In this document: one piece after another, positions 9,605-20,397 of the stretch | Numbering within the stretch: the stretch's first letter is position 1 | Layout of the letters: the number at the start of each line of letters is the position of its first letter | DNA from: Halodesulfurarchaeum sp. | Lineage (GTDB): Archaea > Halobacteriota > Halobacteria > Halobacteriales > Halobacteriaceae | Assembly: GCA_042216995.1 (NCBI GenBank) | Contig: JBDGTI010000045.1 | Coordinates: 223-56,724 of the forward strand | Reading direction: 5' to 3' | DNA length: 56,502 nt | Translations under genes and position numbers: made by a program | The notes under the pieces: generated by a model | Told to the model about the DNA's origin: nothing | Seen by the model: the letters and a program-made list of their open reading frames with translations, nothing else | Database searches by the model: none

Positions 9605-10381
9605 ATGCACCTGTTCGCGGTCCCGAACCTCCCCGAATTTCGGCCCGGTGAGGACATCGCCGACGCGATCGAGGCGGAAGCCGAAATCCGGGACGACGAC
9701 GTCGTGTGTGTCGCGAGTACAATCGTCTCGAAAGTCGAGGATCGGCGGATTCGCCTCGAGGACATCGAGCCCTCGGAACGGGCCGAATCGATCGCCGCCC
9801 GACTCGAGTCCATTCACGGCGAACCGGTCGATGCCCGGTTCGTCGCGGTCGTGCTGCAGGAGAGCGAGGACGTGTTGATGGAGGCGCCGTTCATGCTCAC
9901 GGTGACGAACTTCGGCCACGTGGGGGTCAACGCCGGGATCGATCGATCGAACACCGGCGAGGCCGACGTTCTCCTGCTCCCGACGGCCCCGAGTGAATCG
10001 GCGAGGCGAATCAGGGCGGGATTCGAGGCCGATCCCGCGGTGATCGTCACGGACACCTCCGGACGGCCGTTCCGGACCGCACAGCGCGGGGTCGCGATCG
10101 GCTGGGACGGGATTTCGGCCACCCGGGACTGGCGGGGGGAACGTGATCGGGACGACCACGAACTCGAAGTCACCGTCGAAGCGGTGGTGGACGAGCTGGC
10201 GGCGGCGGCCAACCTCGTCACCGGCGAGGGCGACGACGGGCTGCCGGTCGCCGTGGTTCGGGACTTCGAGTTCGGCGATCATGGCTCGACCGACGATCTG
10301 TTTCGGTCGGCGGACAGCGACTACGTTCGGGCGGCGCTCCGGGAGTGGGAGTACGAGGAGTCGGCGAGCGATCCCCGATGA
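9605..10381 (+). CDS. cofE: Coenzyme F420-0:L-glutamate ligase
   Basis: VASTIVSKVE, NAGIDRSN, VIVTDTSGRPFR, DELAAAANLVTGEG. Confidence 0.92.
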   Translation: MHLFAVPNLPEFRPGEDIADAIEAEAEIRDDDVVCVASTIVSKVEDRRIRLEDIEPSERAESIAARLESIHGEPVDARFVAVVLQESEDVLMEAPFMLTVTNFGHVGVNAGIDRSNTGEADVLLLPTAPSESARRIRAGFEADPAVIVTDTSGRPFRTAQRGVAIGWDGISATRDWRGERDRDDHELEVTVEAVVDELAAAANLVTGEGDDGLPVAVVRDFEFGDHGSTDDLFRSADSDYVRAALREWEYEESASDPR

Positions 10382-10459
10382 GAGCACGCGGGCAACCGAA
10401 ACGGAGACCGGAGCGGAAGAATTACCCTGCCAGGCGGCAAAGCAGCGGGAAACGATCGC

Positions 10460-11335
10460 ATGCTCACCGTAGGTCTGGCCCACTTCGAAGAAACCGCAGA
10501 ACGGATCCAGGAGCCCCTGAGAGAGCGGGACATCGCAGTGAAACACGTCTCCATAACCGAAGACGTCACTGACCTGACCGGGTCGACGACCCTGCCCGAC
10601 GTCGACGTGGGGCTGTTCTTTCCCGGCCGCATTCCCGAAGGGGGCGTTCTCACGGCACTGCTTGACATCCCGTGGGTCAACGGGCGGGAGGCGGTCCTCC
10701 GCTCGCGCAACAAGGCCGAGACCATCGCCAGACTCGAGGGGGCGGACCTCCCGGTTCCGGAGACGACCGTCGTTTCGAATCCGGCCGACGAATCGGCCGT
10801 CGCTGCGGCAGTCGATCGGCTGGGAACACCCGCAGTCCTCAAGCCGAATTCGACGACCCGGGGGGTCGGGATCCTCAAGGTGCGCGATCCGGACTCGCTT
10901 TCGGGCGTGACGGATTACCTCGAACTCATCCACGAGTTTCCCGTCACTCGCGATCGGACGTATCTTCTCCAGGAGTACCTTCCCGAGGCCCGGGACGTCA
11001 GGGTGATGGTCATCGACGGGGAGGTCGTTGGGGCCGTCGAGCGGGAACTGCCGGATGAGTCCCGGTCGGCCGGTCGATGGAAGCACAACGTCCACCGGGG
11101 CGCGACCGCCCGTGGCATCGATCCCGCCCCGGAGATCCAGGCCCTGGCCCGCAGAACGGCGGCGGTCATGGACGTTCCAGTCCTTGGGGTCGACGTGTTG
11201 GACTCGCCCGAACGAACGGTCGTCTCCGAAACGAACGCCCGTCCGACGATCGATGCGGCCTCGAAGTACGACCCGGACTTCTATGACAGACTGGCCGAAC
11301 TGCTGTGCCGGACCGCCGACCGAACCGGTCGCTGA
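10460..11335 (+). CDS. RimK-family ATP-grasp alpha-L-glutamate ligase (CofF/MptN-like)
   Basis: RNKAET, VLKPNSTTRGVG, LLQEYL..DVRV, WKHNVHRG, GVDVL..ETNARP; directly after cofE. Confidence 0.8.
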   Translation: MLTVGLAHFEETAERIQEPLRERDIAVKHVSITEDVTDLTGSTTLPDVDVGLFFPGRIPEGGVLTALLDIPWVNGREAVLRSRNKAETIARLEGADLPVPETTVVSNPADESAVAAAVDRLGTPAVLKPNSTTRGVGILKVRDPDSLSGVTDYLELIHEFPVTRDRTYLLQEYLPEARDVRVMVIDGEVVGAVERELPDESRSAGRWKHNVHRGATARGIDPAPEIQALARRTAAVMDVPVLGVDVLDSPERTVVSETNARPTIDAASKYDPDFYDRLAELLCRTADRTGR

Positions 11336-11365
11336 CGGAAACGGAAGGAGAACCGGCCGAGTGAG

Positions 11366-12520
11366 TTACTCCGGCACTTTGCCCCGGACCGACGGCACGA
11401 AGGAACTCATCTCCCGGAAGAGGAACCGCTCGCTCTTGCCCTCGAACTTCGAGCCCCCCCAGACGGACATCTCATCGTTTCTGAGCGCCGAGCGGGCGTT
11501 CGCGACCTTGTCTTTGACGTTCTGTGGCACCTGGGGACCCCAGTCGTCGAGCTCGAAGAGATGGATGCTCCGCTCGTTGTTCATCCCGTTGAACGTGTAC
11601 CCGATGTCGCCCCAGAAGAAGTCGGACTTCCACGTGTCTTGCTTCACGCTGATGAGGGTGGGCGCATAGAAGGCCTCCCAGTTCCAGAACGGCGAGGTGA
11701 TGTACTTCTCGCCGCCGAACTTCGCCATCGGGGAGTCATAGCCGATCGACCAGATGTTGTTCTCGTTGGCCGTTTTGACGGCCGCCGGGGAGTCCATGTG
11801 CTGGGCCATCACGTCGACGCCCTGGTCGATGAGCGCCTGTGCGGCCTGGCGGGTCTTCGTGGGATCATACCAGGCGTTGATCCAGCGGACCAGCACTTCG
11901 GCATCTTTGTTGACCGACTGGGCGCCGAGGGCGAAGGCGTTGATCCCCCGGACCACTTCGGGCAGGGGGAACGCGGCGACGTATCCCAGCAGGTCCGAAT
12001 CCGTGAGCATCCCCGCCGCGATTCCGGTGAGATAGCGATCCTGGTAGATCCGCCCCATGTACCGGCCCATGTTCTGTCGGGTCTTGTAGCCGGTGGCGTG
12101 TTCGAAGAGGGTATTGGGGTGGTTTTGGGCCACCGTGTACATGGGCTGCATGTACGCGAAGGTCGTGCCGAAGATGATGTCATAGTCCTGATTCGCGTAC
12201 TGCTGGAGAACCGCTTTGGCGTCTGCCGGCGGCACCGCCTCGGAGTAAGCGGTATCGAGCCAGTCGTAGTGCTGGTCACACCACTTGCGACCCTGGTCGT
12301 GTGCCCAGGACCACCCGCGGTCGCCGGTCTGCGAAATGTAGAGCCAGGCCCCCCGCACGTTTTCCTGTTCCCCGCCACCGCCGGTGGTCGTCTGTTTGGT
12401 GGTCGTCGTCCCGTTGCCGCCGTTTCCGTTGCCTGCACAGCCCGCGAGTCCCGCAATGCCGGCCGCGCCGGTCCACTTGAGGAGGTCTCGTCGGGACGTG
12501 TTTTCTGATTTTTCGGTCAT
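11366..12520 (-). CDS. BMP-family (purine/nucleoside) ABC substrate-binding Tat lipoprotein
   Basis: SRRDLLK Tat motif plus LAGC lipobox; DRGWSWAHDQGR, IFGTTFAY, INAFALGA, WINAWYDP. Confidence 0.9.
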   Translation of the reverse strand: MTEKSENTSRRDLLKWTGAAGIAGLAGCAGNGNGGNGTTTTKQTTTGGGGEQENVRGAWLYISQTGDRGWSWAHDQGRKWCDQHYDWLDTAYSEAVPPADAKAVLQQYANQDYDIIFGTTFAYMQPMYTVAQNHPNTLFEHATGYKTRQNMGRYMGRIYQDRYLTGIAAGMLTDSDLLGYVAAFPLPEVVRGINAFALGAQSVNKDAEVLVRWINAWYDPTKTRQAAQALIDQGVDVMAQHMDSPAAVKTANENNIWSIGYDSPMAKFGGEKYITSPFWNWEAFYAPTLISVKQDTWKSDFFWGDIGYTFNGMNNERSIHLFELDDWGPQVPQNVKDKVANARSALRNDEMSVWGGSKFEGKSERFLFREMSSFVPSVRGKVPE

Positions 12521-12588
12521 GGTTACCTTGTGATGGGCTCGCACATTAACTAAGAGGCTGGTGTTTCATAAAAATACCTGTTACTGTC

Positions 12589-12615
12589 GTATTTAATATA
12601 TTATATTATCAATAC
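12589..12615. promoter_or_regulatory. AT-rich inverted repeat in the divergent BMP/ABC promoter
   Basis: GTATT-TAATATA-T-TATATTA-TC-AATAC, with perfect 7-bp inner arms. Confidence 0.4.
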
Positions 12616-12751
12616 TAACGACGAACACACGCTTCCGATGGGGCGCACACGACTCACCGAACAGTAACTCGAACGTCGATTCATCCCCTCACATTGGGAT
12701 CACAATAAAAATGCTTTTGCCCCTGCACCGTGGTATATCTTCACGTTAATC

Positions 12752-14422
12752 ATGAACAATGGGGGTTCCCGTTCCTTCTTGGAGATGCGTGGGATCGTAA
12801 AGAAATTTCCAGGAGTCATCGCCAACGACGAGGTCGACCTCGAGGTCAGGAAAGGCGAGATACACGGGCTACTGGGCGAGAACGGGGCCGGAAAGAGCAC
12901 CCTGATGAAAATCCTGTACGGGCTGTACACGAAAGACGGCGGCGAGATCTATCTCGACGGGGAACGGGTGGAGATCGACTCCCCCCAGCAGGCGATCGAC
13001 GCGGGCATCGGCATGGTCCACCAGCACTTCATGCTGATCCCGAAGCTGACGGTGACCCAGAACGTCATCCTGGGGAACCGGGAGGCCGCCGATGTCTTCG
13101 ACGGGGGCGACGGCAGCGGTGGCCTGTTACAGTCCATCGAGGAGTTGTTCACGATCGACCGAAAGGGCCCCCAGAATCGGATCGAATCGCTGGCGTCGGA
13201 CTACGGATTCGGTATCGATCCGACCGATCCCGTCTGGCAACTCGAGGTCGGGGAACAGCAGCGGGTCGAGATCCTCAAGGCGCTGTACAGGGACGTCGAT
13301 CTCCTCATTCTGGACGAACCCACCGCGGTCCTGACCCCAAACGAGGCCCAACGCCTCTTCGAGACCCTCGTGGAACTCGCCGACGACGGGCTCTCGATCA
13401 TCTTCATCACGCACAAACTCCACGAGGCAAAACAGATCACGGATCGGGTGACCATCCTGCGGGACGGAAAACACATCGATACCGTGGAGACCGCGGGGAT
13501 GTCCGAAGCCGACCTGGCCGAACGGATGGTCGGCCACGAGGTCCTCTTCGACATCGAGAAATCCGAGGTGGAGAAAGGCGACGTCAAGATGCGGGCACAG
13601 AACATCCACGCCACGGACGACCGCGGACTCCCGGCCGTCGAGGGCATCGATCTGGAGATTCGAAGCGGCGAGATCGTCGGCATCGCGGGGGTGAGCGGCA
13701 ACGGTCAGAAGGAACTGGCGGAGTGTCTGGTCGGCGTCCGGGACATCGATGAGGGATCGCTGTCGGTCAACGAGCAGGACCTCACGGAGGCCCACCCCCG
13801 GAAGTACATCGAGGAGGGAGTCTCCTACATTCCGGAGGACCGACTCAAATACGGCCTGGCCCCCGAACTCTCGGTCATGCACAATGCGGGAGTCAAAGAG
13901 TACCGGGACGATCGCTTCCATACCGGCCCCTTCCTCTATTACGGGGAACTCGAGGCCTACGGCAACGAGATCATCGACGCCTACGACGTGCGGGGCATTC
14001 AGGACGTCCGAAATATGAACGCGGGAGACCTCTCCGGCGGCAACATGCAGAAACTCATCGTCGGTCGGGAGGCCTATCGTGACCCGGATGTCCTGATTGC
14101 GAACCAGCCCACCAGGGGGGTCGACGTCGGGGCGATCGAGGCGATCCGGAAGAAACTCCTCGAACAGCGGGAGAACGGGATGGGGATCCTCCTCGTCTCG
14201 GAGGACCTCGATGAGATACTCGACATGAGCGATCGCATTCTGGTCGTCTACGAGGGAGAGATCGTCCACGAGACGACCCCGGAGGAGGCGGACAAACGGG
14301 AGATCGGACTGAAAATGACTGGCGGTTCGGAAGACGGGGAAACGGCGGTCGCGACCGACGGCGGCCAGGTCAGTCCCAATCCCAGTCCACAGCCGTCTCC
14401 CGATCACGGAGGTGACAGATGA
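12752..14422 (+). CDS. Nucleoside ABC transporter ATP-binding protein (two ATPase domains)
   Basis: GENGAGKST, LILDEPT, LSGGNMQK, NQPTRGVDVGA. Confidence 0.93.
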   Translation: MNNGGSRSFLEMRGIVKKFPGVIANDEVDLEVRKGEIHGLLGENGAGKSTLMKILYGLYTKDGGEIYLDGERVEIDSPQQAIDAGIGMVHQHFMLIPKLTVTQNVILGNREAADVFDGGDGSGGLLQSIEELFTIDRKGPQNRIESLASDYGFGIDPTDPVWQLEVGEQQRVEILKALYRDVDLLILDEPTAVLTPNEAQRLFETLVELADDGLSIIFITHKLHEAKQITDRVTILRDGKHIDTVETAGMSEADLAERMVGHEVLFDIEKSEVEKGDVKMRAQNIHATDDRGLPAVEGIDLEIRSGEIVGIAGVSGNGQKELAECLVGVRDIDEGSLSVNEQDLTEAHPRKYIEEGVSYIPEDRLKYGLAPELSVMHNAGVKEYRDDRFHTGPFLYYGELEAYGNEIIDAYDVRGIQDVRNMNAGDLSGGNMQKLIVGREAYRDPDVLIANQPTRGVDVGAIEAIRKKLLEQRENGMGILLVSEDLDEILDMSDRILVVYEGEIVHETTPEEADKREIGLKMTGGSEDGETAVATDGGQVSPNPSPQPSPDHGGDR

Positions 14423-15522
14423 ACGTCGACGTCGACTTCAGCGCCCGACAGGAGGTACCACGGTGGCTCGCCTACGGGTCCTCGGTGATCACGATTCTGG
14501 CCGCCCTCCTGGTCGGGTCCATCGCTCTGATCGCCCAGAATGTCAACCCGATAGTCGCCTACCGGGTGATGTTTTTCCAGCCGCTGACGAACCTCTCGGG
14601 TCTCGCGAGCGTGCTCCAGAAAACGGCGCCGCTCCTCCTGGCCGGCCTCGCCGTGTATCTCCCGCTGCGTGCGGGGCTGTGGAACATCGGGGCGACCGGT
14701 CAGATCTACATCGGGGCCATCATCGGGACCTGGATCGGACTGAACGTCACTGCCCCCTCGTTCGTCCTGCTCCCGCTCATGTTCCTGGGGGCGGCCGTCG
14801 GCGGAGCGATCTGGGGGTTCATCCCGGGATTCCTCCGGGCGAAGTGGGGCGTCAACGAGATCATCGTCTCGCTCCTGATCTCGTATGCGGCCATCGATAT
14901 CAACGGATACCTGATCCGGGGTCCGATGCAGGGCGGGGCCGGTAACTTCCCGGTCTCGAGTCTGCTGCCCGCCCGGGCCATGCTCCCCGAGATTCCCGTA
15001 CTCGGCGCACACTCGGGAATCATCATCGCAGTGGCCACAGCTCTCCTCGTCTACGTCGTCGTCCAGAAGACCAACGTGGGATACGAGATCACGTTCACGG
15101 GATCGAACCCCGACGCGGCCGAGCAGGCCGGGATGAACTCGTTTTGGATCTACGTGGCGGTCTTCGTGGTCGGTGGGGCCCTGGCCGGCATGGCCGGACT
15201 GATCGAGATCGCGGGCGTCCAGGCACGACTGCGGCCCCACTTCTCCCCCGGCTATGGGTTCACGGCCATCGTCATCGCGCTCCTGGGTCGGGATAACGCG
15301 CTCAAGGTGATCATCGCCTCGCTGTTCTTCGGCCTGCTCTTCGTGGGCGGGACGAGCCTCCAGGTGGGCTTCATGGTCCCGGCTGCGATCGTCGAAATCA
15401 TACAGGCCCTGGTGATCCTCTTCCTGATCACCGCGGAGTTCCTGAAGAACTACAGTGTCGACATCGACCTCGGACTCGGTGAATCGGCGTCACAACCAAC
15501 CGGAACCACGGAGGAGGTGTAA
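14419..15522 (+). CDS. Nucleoside ABC transporter permease
   Basis: GLWNIGATGQ, VNEIIVSLL, GYGFTAIVIALLG; overlaps the ATPase stop (ATGA). Confidence 0.9.
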   Translation: MNVDVDFSARQEVPRWLAYGSSVITILAALLVGSIALIAQNVNPIVAYRVMFFQPLTNLSGLASVLQKTAPLLLAGLAVYLPLRAGLWNIGATGQIYIGAIIGTWIGLNVTAPSFVLLPLMFLGAAVGGAIWGFIPGFLRAKWGVNEIIVSLLISYAAIDINGYLIRGPMQGGAGNFPVSSLLPARAMLPEIPVLGAHSGIIIAVATALLVYVVVQKTNVGYEITFTGSNPDAAEQAGMNSFWIYVAVFVVGGALAGMAGLIEIAGVQARLRPHFSPGYGFTAIVIALLGRDNALKVIIASLFFGLLFVGGTSLQVGFMVPAAIVEIIQALVILFLITAEFLKNYSVDIDLGLGESASQPTGTTEEV

Positions 15523-15526
15523 ACCC

Positions 15527-16498
15527 ATGCCAACGTTCCTCGCAGACCTGCTCGACGCGACGATCAGCGCTGGAACCATCTTCATCATCGGCTCCCTCGG
15601 TGAGATCATCTCCGAACGGGCCGGCATTCTGAACCTCGGGATGGAGGGGATGATGCTTGTCGGGGCACTGACCGGCTACATGGCGACGTTCATCACCGGT
15701 AACGTGTGGATCGGACTCGGCGTGGCGATGGTCTGTGGCATCCTGATGTCCCTGATCCATGCCTTCCTCACGATCACGCTGAAGTCAGACCAGGTGATCA
15801 GCGGCGTGATGTTGACGCTGCTCGGGACGGGATTGACCTCCTACTTCGGCTCGGAGTGGACCGGTCGGTCGATACAGGGGATGTCCGATGTCGTCATCCC
15901 GGTCCTGGTCAAAATCCCCGTGCTCGGCCAGGCAGTCTTCGCGAACCCCGCGACGGATTACATCGCCTTCGCGCTGGTCCCCGCCGTGTGGTACCTGCTC
16001 AACCGGACGAACCTCGGCCTCGAGATCATCTCGGTCGGCGAGGATCCCGAAACCGCCGACACGATGGGCGTGAGCGTGTTCCGACTGCGTTACCTCGCCG
16101 TGATGATCGGCGGGGCCCTCGCGGGGCTCGCCGGCGCGCATCTCTCGCTCGCGTACGCGGAGATCTGGACGGGTGGCCTGACGTCGGGACGGGGCTGGAT
16201 CGTCGTGGCCCTGGTCATCTTCGCCCGCTGGAGTCCGATCTACACGGTCGCCGGCGCCTACCTCTTCGGGTTGCTCGAGGCGCTGCAGATCCGGATCCAA
16301 GGGTTTGAGCTGTACTTCGACGTGCTTCCCGGCGTCGTCAACGGGGCGATCGGGTTTTTCACCTCGCCCCAGATCATGGCGACCTACCCCTACTTCATCA
16401 CGGTGATCGTCCTGGCGATCACGGTCGCCCGCAGTCGACAGGGGGTGAGTGCCGGTCCCTCGGCACTGCAGCAGTCCTACAGTCGCGAGATGGACTAG
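15527..16498 (+). CDS. Nucleoside ABC transporter permease
   Basis: SERAGILNLGMEGMML, GEDPETADTMG, GRGWIVVALVIF; GGAGG SD. Confidence 0.9.
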   Translation: MPTFLADLLDATISAGTIFIIGSLGEIISERAGILNLGMEGMMLVGALTGYMATFITGNVWIGLGVAMVCGILMSLIHAFLTITLKSDQVISGVMLTLLGTGLTSYFGSEWTGRSIQGMSDVVIPVLVKIPVLGQAVFANPATDYIAFALVPAVWYLLNRTNLGLEIISVGEDPETADTMGVSVFRLRYLAVMIGGALAGLAGAHLSLAYAEIWTGGLTSGRGWIVVALVIFARWSPIYTVAGAYLFGLLEALQIRIQGFELYFDVLPGVVNGAIGFFTSPQIMATYPYFITVIVLAITVARSRQGVSAGPSALQQSYSREMD

Positions 16499-16544
16499 CG
16501 GTTCGTAAGGGATTTATCGGATTCGCCGCCTATTTTCCGGTCGT

Positions 16545-17852
16545 ATGCTCCTTCGTGGCACAGTAGTCACCGATCCATCGACGGTCATCGAAGACGGCGC
16601 CGTGGTCGTGGAGGGGTCCACGATCGAGGCCGTCGGCGATCGTGACGAACTCGAGGCGACGTATCCGGACGAGGAACGCACCGAGTACGACATCTTGATG
16701 CCGGGCCTGGTGGGGGCCCACGTCCACTCGGTCCAGAGTCTCGGACGCGGGCTCTCCGACGACCAGGAACTGTTGGACTGGCTGTTCGATAACGTCCTCC
16801 CAATGGAGGCCAACCTCACGCCCGACCAGATGCGCCTGGCCGCCGAGCTGGGCTATCTGGAGTTCATCGAGACCGGCACGACAACCGTCATCGATCACCT
16901 CTCGGTCGCCCACGCCGAGGAGGCCATCGAGGCGGCCGGCGAGATGGGCATGCGGGCCCGCCTCGGCAAAGTCCTGATGGACCAGCGCTCGCCGGACGGG
17001 CTGCTCGAGGACACCGAGGAGGCACTCGCCGAGTCCGAACGGCTCATCCAGACGTATCACGACACCTACGACGGGCGCATCCAGTACGCGGTCACCCCCA
17101 GGTTCGCGGTGAGTTGCTCCGAGGAGTGTCTGCGTGGCAGTCGCGAGCTCGCGGACTCGTACGACGGGGTCCGCATTCACACCCACGCCAGCGAGAACCA
17201 GGACGAGATCAAGACGGTGGAGGAGGACACGGGAATGCGGAACATCCACTGGCTTGACGAGGTCGGGCTGACCGGCGAAGACGTGGTGCTGGCCCACGGG
17301 GTCTGGACCGACGAGACCGAACGGGACATCCTCGAGGAGACCGGAACGACGGTCACTCATTGCCCCTCGTCGAACATGAAACTGGCAAGCGGGGTCGCCC
17401 CGGTCGTGGACTATCTCGACCGCGGGATCAACGTGGCCCTGGGCAACGACGGGCCACCGTGTAACAACGTCCTCGACGCGTTCTCCGAGATGAGCCGGGC
17501 CTCGCTGCTCCAGAAGGTCGACAACCTGGATTCGACGGTGACCCCGACCGAGACGATCCTCGAGATGGCGACGATCAACGGCGCCAAAGCGGCAGGCTTC
17601 GAGAAAGTCGGCAAACTGAAGGAAGGCTGGAAGGCGGACATCATCGGCCTGACCACCGACGTGACCCGGGCGGCGCCATTGCACGACGTGCGCTCACATC
17701 TCGTGTTCTCGGCCCGCGGCGACGACGTCGAGTTCACGATGGTCGATGGCAACGTGCTGATGGAGGACGGCGAAGTCACAGTCGCCGACGCCGATCGCAT
17801 CCGCGAGGAGGCAATGAACGTCGATCTCGACCTCTCGACGGCGGGTGAGTGA
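16545..17852 (+). CDS. Amidohydrolase, MTA/SAH/5'-deoxyadenosine deaminase family
   Basis: HVH, HTHASE, HCPSSNMKLASG, GNDGPPCNN. Confidence 0.85.
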   Translation: MLLRGTVVTDPSTVIEDGAVVVEGSTIEAVGDRDELEATYPDEERTEYDILMPGLVGAHVHSVQSLGRGLSDDQELLDWLFDNVLPMEANLTPDQMRLAAELGYLEFIETGTTTVIDHLSVAHAEEAIEAAGEMGMRARLGKVLMDQRSPDGLLEDTEEALAESERLIQTYHDTYDGRIQYAVTPRFAVSCSEECLRGSRELADSYDGVRIHTHASENQDEIKTVEEDTGMRNIHWLDEVGLTGEDVVLAHGVWTDETERDILEETGTTVTHCPSSNMKLASGVAPVVDYLDRGINVALGNDGPPCNNVLDAFSEMSRASLLQKVDNLDSTVTPTETILEMATINGAKAAGFEKVGKLKEGWKADIIGLTTDVTRAAPLHDVRSHLVFSARGDDVEFTMVDGNVLMEDGEVTVADADRIREEAMNVDLDLSTAGE

Positions 17853-17854
17853 GA

Positions 17855-19516
17855 ATGGCGGTCGATCTGCTCCTCAGGGGCACGCTCATCAACGTCCACA
17901 CCGGACAACTCGAACCGGACGGAGCCGTCGCGATCGACGACGGCGAGATCGTCGCCCTAGCCGAGCGCGAGGCCGATCGGACGATCGAGGCCGAATACGT
18001 CGCGCCGGGGCTGATCGACGCCCACATGCACGTGGAGTCGAGCATGGTTACCCTGCCCCGGTACGCCGAGGCCGTGGTACCGAAGGGAGTCACCAGCGTG
18101 GTCCATGACCCCCACGAGATCGCGAACGTGCTGGGCGAAGAAGGCGTGAGGTCGGTCATCGAGGACGCCAGTCACACGCCGCTGAAGGCCAGGTTCACCG
18201 TCCCGTCCAGCGTCCCCGCCTCGCCACTCCAGGACAACGGCGCCACGCTCGGCCCCGACCGTGTCGCCGACCTGCTCGGAGAAGAGGACGTCGTCGCGCT
18301 GGGCGAGGTCATGGACATTCCCGGCGTCGAGAGCGGTCGGGAGGGGATTCACGAGAAGATACAGGCGGCTCGCGACCGGGGGCTCACGGTCGACGGGCAC
18401 ATGCCCCAGGTCCGGGGTGACACCCTCCAGACCGTGGCCCGCTACCTGGACAACGATCACGAGAGCATCACCCAGGCGGAGGCTCGGGCCAAAGCCGACG
18501 TCGGGCTGCGTGTCTACCTGCGGGAGGGGTCCTCGAGCAAGAACGTCGCGGACCTCGCGGGCATCGCGGATGCCGTCGACACCCGGTATCTCTCCCTGTG
18601 TACGGACGACCGGGACGTCATCGATATCATCGAGGAGGGCGGGGTGGACACGGCGCTCCGGACCGCCATCGAGAACGGCGTCGACCCGATCACGGCCGTG
18701 CAGATGGGGACGATCAACACGGCCGAGAGCTATGACCTGCCGTTTGGCCGGCTGCGGCCGGGTTCGCCGGCCGATCTGGTGTTGCTCTCCGAGTTGGAGA
18801 CGTGGGACGTCGAGCACGTCCTCATCGACGGCGAAGTGGATCCGACGGCGGGGGAGCACGAGTATCCCCCCACGGCCCTGTCGACGGACACGGTCAACGC
18901 GCCGTCGATCGATGCCACGGACCTGGCCCTCGAGGCTCCGGTCGAAGCAGGGGACGTCGACGTCCGGGTCATCGACTCGCTCGGCGGCCTGCAGACTGCA
19001 AAGATGGAATCGACGGTGCCGGCACGCGAGGGGTGGCTCCGGGCGAACCGCGAGGCCGACGTACTCCCCATCGCCGTGATCGAACGCCACTCCGGGGATC
19101 TCGACGTCGGCACGGCCTTCGTCCACGGCCTGGGACTCGAACGGGGCGCCATCGGGAGCACCATCGCCCACGACGCGCACAACCTGGTGGTGGCCGGGGC
19201 GACCTACGAGGCGATGGCTACCGTCGCGAACCACCTCCGCGAGATCGACGGGGGGATCGCGGCCCACGACCCGGAGACCGGGACGACGAGTTCGCTCTCG
19301 CTGCCGGCCGCCGGTCTCATCGCGGATCGGCCGCTGCGGGAAGTCGGCGAACAGTTCGAGGCGGTCGATGACGCCGCCAGGACCCTCGGCATCGAGCAGG
19401 CGGCCGGTCTGATGGAACTGGCGTTCCTCCCGCTCGAGGTCATCCCCGAGTACCGCATCACGAACAACGGGCTCGTCGACGTGACGGAGATGGACTACGT
19501 CGACGTGATCGTATGA
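17855..19516 (+). CDS. ade: Adenine deaminase
   Basis: PGLIDAHMHVESS, DPHEIANV, LGEVM, DGH, DHES, LREGS, CTDD, IAHDAHN. Confidence 0.92.
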   Translation: MAVDLLLRGTLINVHTGQLEPDGAVAIDDGEIVALAEREADRTIEAEYVAPGLIDAHMHVESSMVTLPRYAEAVVPKGVTSVVHDPHEIANVLGEEGVRSVIEDASHTPLKARFTVPSSVPASPLQDNGATLGPDRVADLLGEEDVVALGEVMDIPGVESGREGIHEKIQAARDRGLTVDGHMPQVRGDTLQTVARYLDNDHESITQAEARAKADVGLRVYLREGSSSKNVADLAGIADAVDTRYLSLCTDDRDVIDIIEEGGVDTALRTAIENGVDPITAVQMGTINTAESYDLPFGRLRPGSPADLVLLSELETWDVEHVLIDGEVDPTAGEHEYPPTALSTDTVNAPSIDATDLALEAPVEAGDVDVRVIDSLGGLQTAKMESTVPAREGWLRANREADVLPIAVIERHSGDLDVGTAFVHGLGLERGAIGSTIAHDAHNLVVAGATYEAMATVANHLREIDGGIAAHDPETGTTSSLSLPAAGLIADRPLREVGEQFEAVDDAARTLGIEQAAGLMELAFLPLEVIPEYRITNNGLVDVTEMDYVDVIV

Positions 19517-19668
19517 ATCGCCGGATCACGGATATTCGCCCCGACTGCCGGTGAGTCGTCGTGGTCACGTGGTTCGAGACGCCGAAAGGCGTCTCGTCAT
19601 CACGGAAATCTCTGAGTTCCATACGACCCGGGGTATCGCCTTGTCCGCTGATAAAAACCGGATCCCGG

Positions 19669-20337
19669 TTACTGGAACTTCACGCCGAGGTCGTGCATGC
19701 CGTCGTTGTTCATCGCGAGGTTGATCAACAGCGGCGTGATTGCCTCGATCTCGCCGCTCACCGCGAGCGGGCCGCCGATCAGTGCCCGAATGCCGTCGAT
19801 CTCCTCGGCCAGAGCTTTGATCCGCGCCCGTGCGCCCTCGTCGTCGCCGGTGAGGACCACGTCGTAGTCGAGGTCGTTGTCCAGGTCAGTGAGCGCGCCG
19901 GCGGCCAGGTTCTGGAACGCGCCGACGACGGGAACCCCATCCGGCGTCGCCGCCGCGATGGCCTCGGCGACGCTTCCCTGGGCGGGGCGATCGTAGTGGA
20001 AGCCCGCCCCGTCGCGGTCCATCGCGACGGCCGGGCTCACGACGATGGTTTCCTCGTCCAGGCCGTCAGCGACCGTCTCGACGGTGTCCGCGGCGTACTG
20101 CGGGGGAACGCTCACGACGACGACGTCCGCCTCGGCAGCCGCCGTCTCGTTGCCCGAACCGGTCACGTCCACGTCGAACCCACGCTCGGTCAGTTCCTCG
20201 CGGTAGTCAGCGGCCCGGTCTGTGGCCTTCTCCGGATCCCGCGAGCCGATGTGTACCGTGTGGTCAGTATCTCGGGCCCATCTGACAGCGAGTCCCTCAC
20301 CGATGTCTCCAGTACCGCCGAGGAGCGCGATCCTCAT
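19669..20337 (-). CDS. npdG: NADPH-dependent F420 reductase (F420H2:NADP+ oxidoreductase)
   Basis: GGTGDIGEGLA, IGSRDPEKA, GAFQNLAA, EAITPLLIN. Confidence 0.9.
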   Translation of the reverse strand: MRIALLGGTGDIGEGLAVRWARDTDHTVHIGSRDPEKATDRAADYREELTERGFDVDVTGSGNETAAAEADVVVVSVPPQYAADTVETVADGLDEETIVVSPAVAMDRDGAGFHYDRPAQGSVAEAIAAATPDGVPVVGAFQNLAAGALTDLDNDLDYDVVLTGDDEGARARIKALAEEIDGIRALIGGPLAVSGEIEAITPLLINLAMNNDGMHDLGVKFQ

Positions 20338-20397
20338 ACACGTGGCTTGGCGAGAATTGCTTTATCTCTTACGGGACCGGCACGGAGAAAGGGGGAA

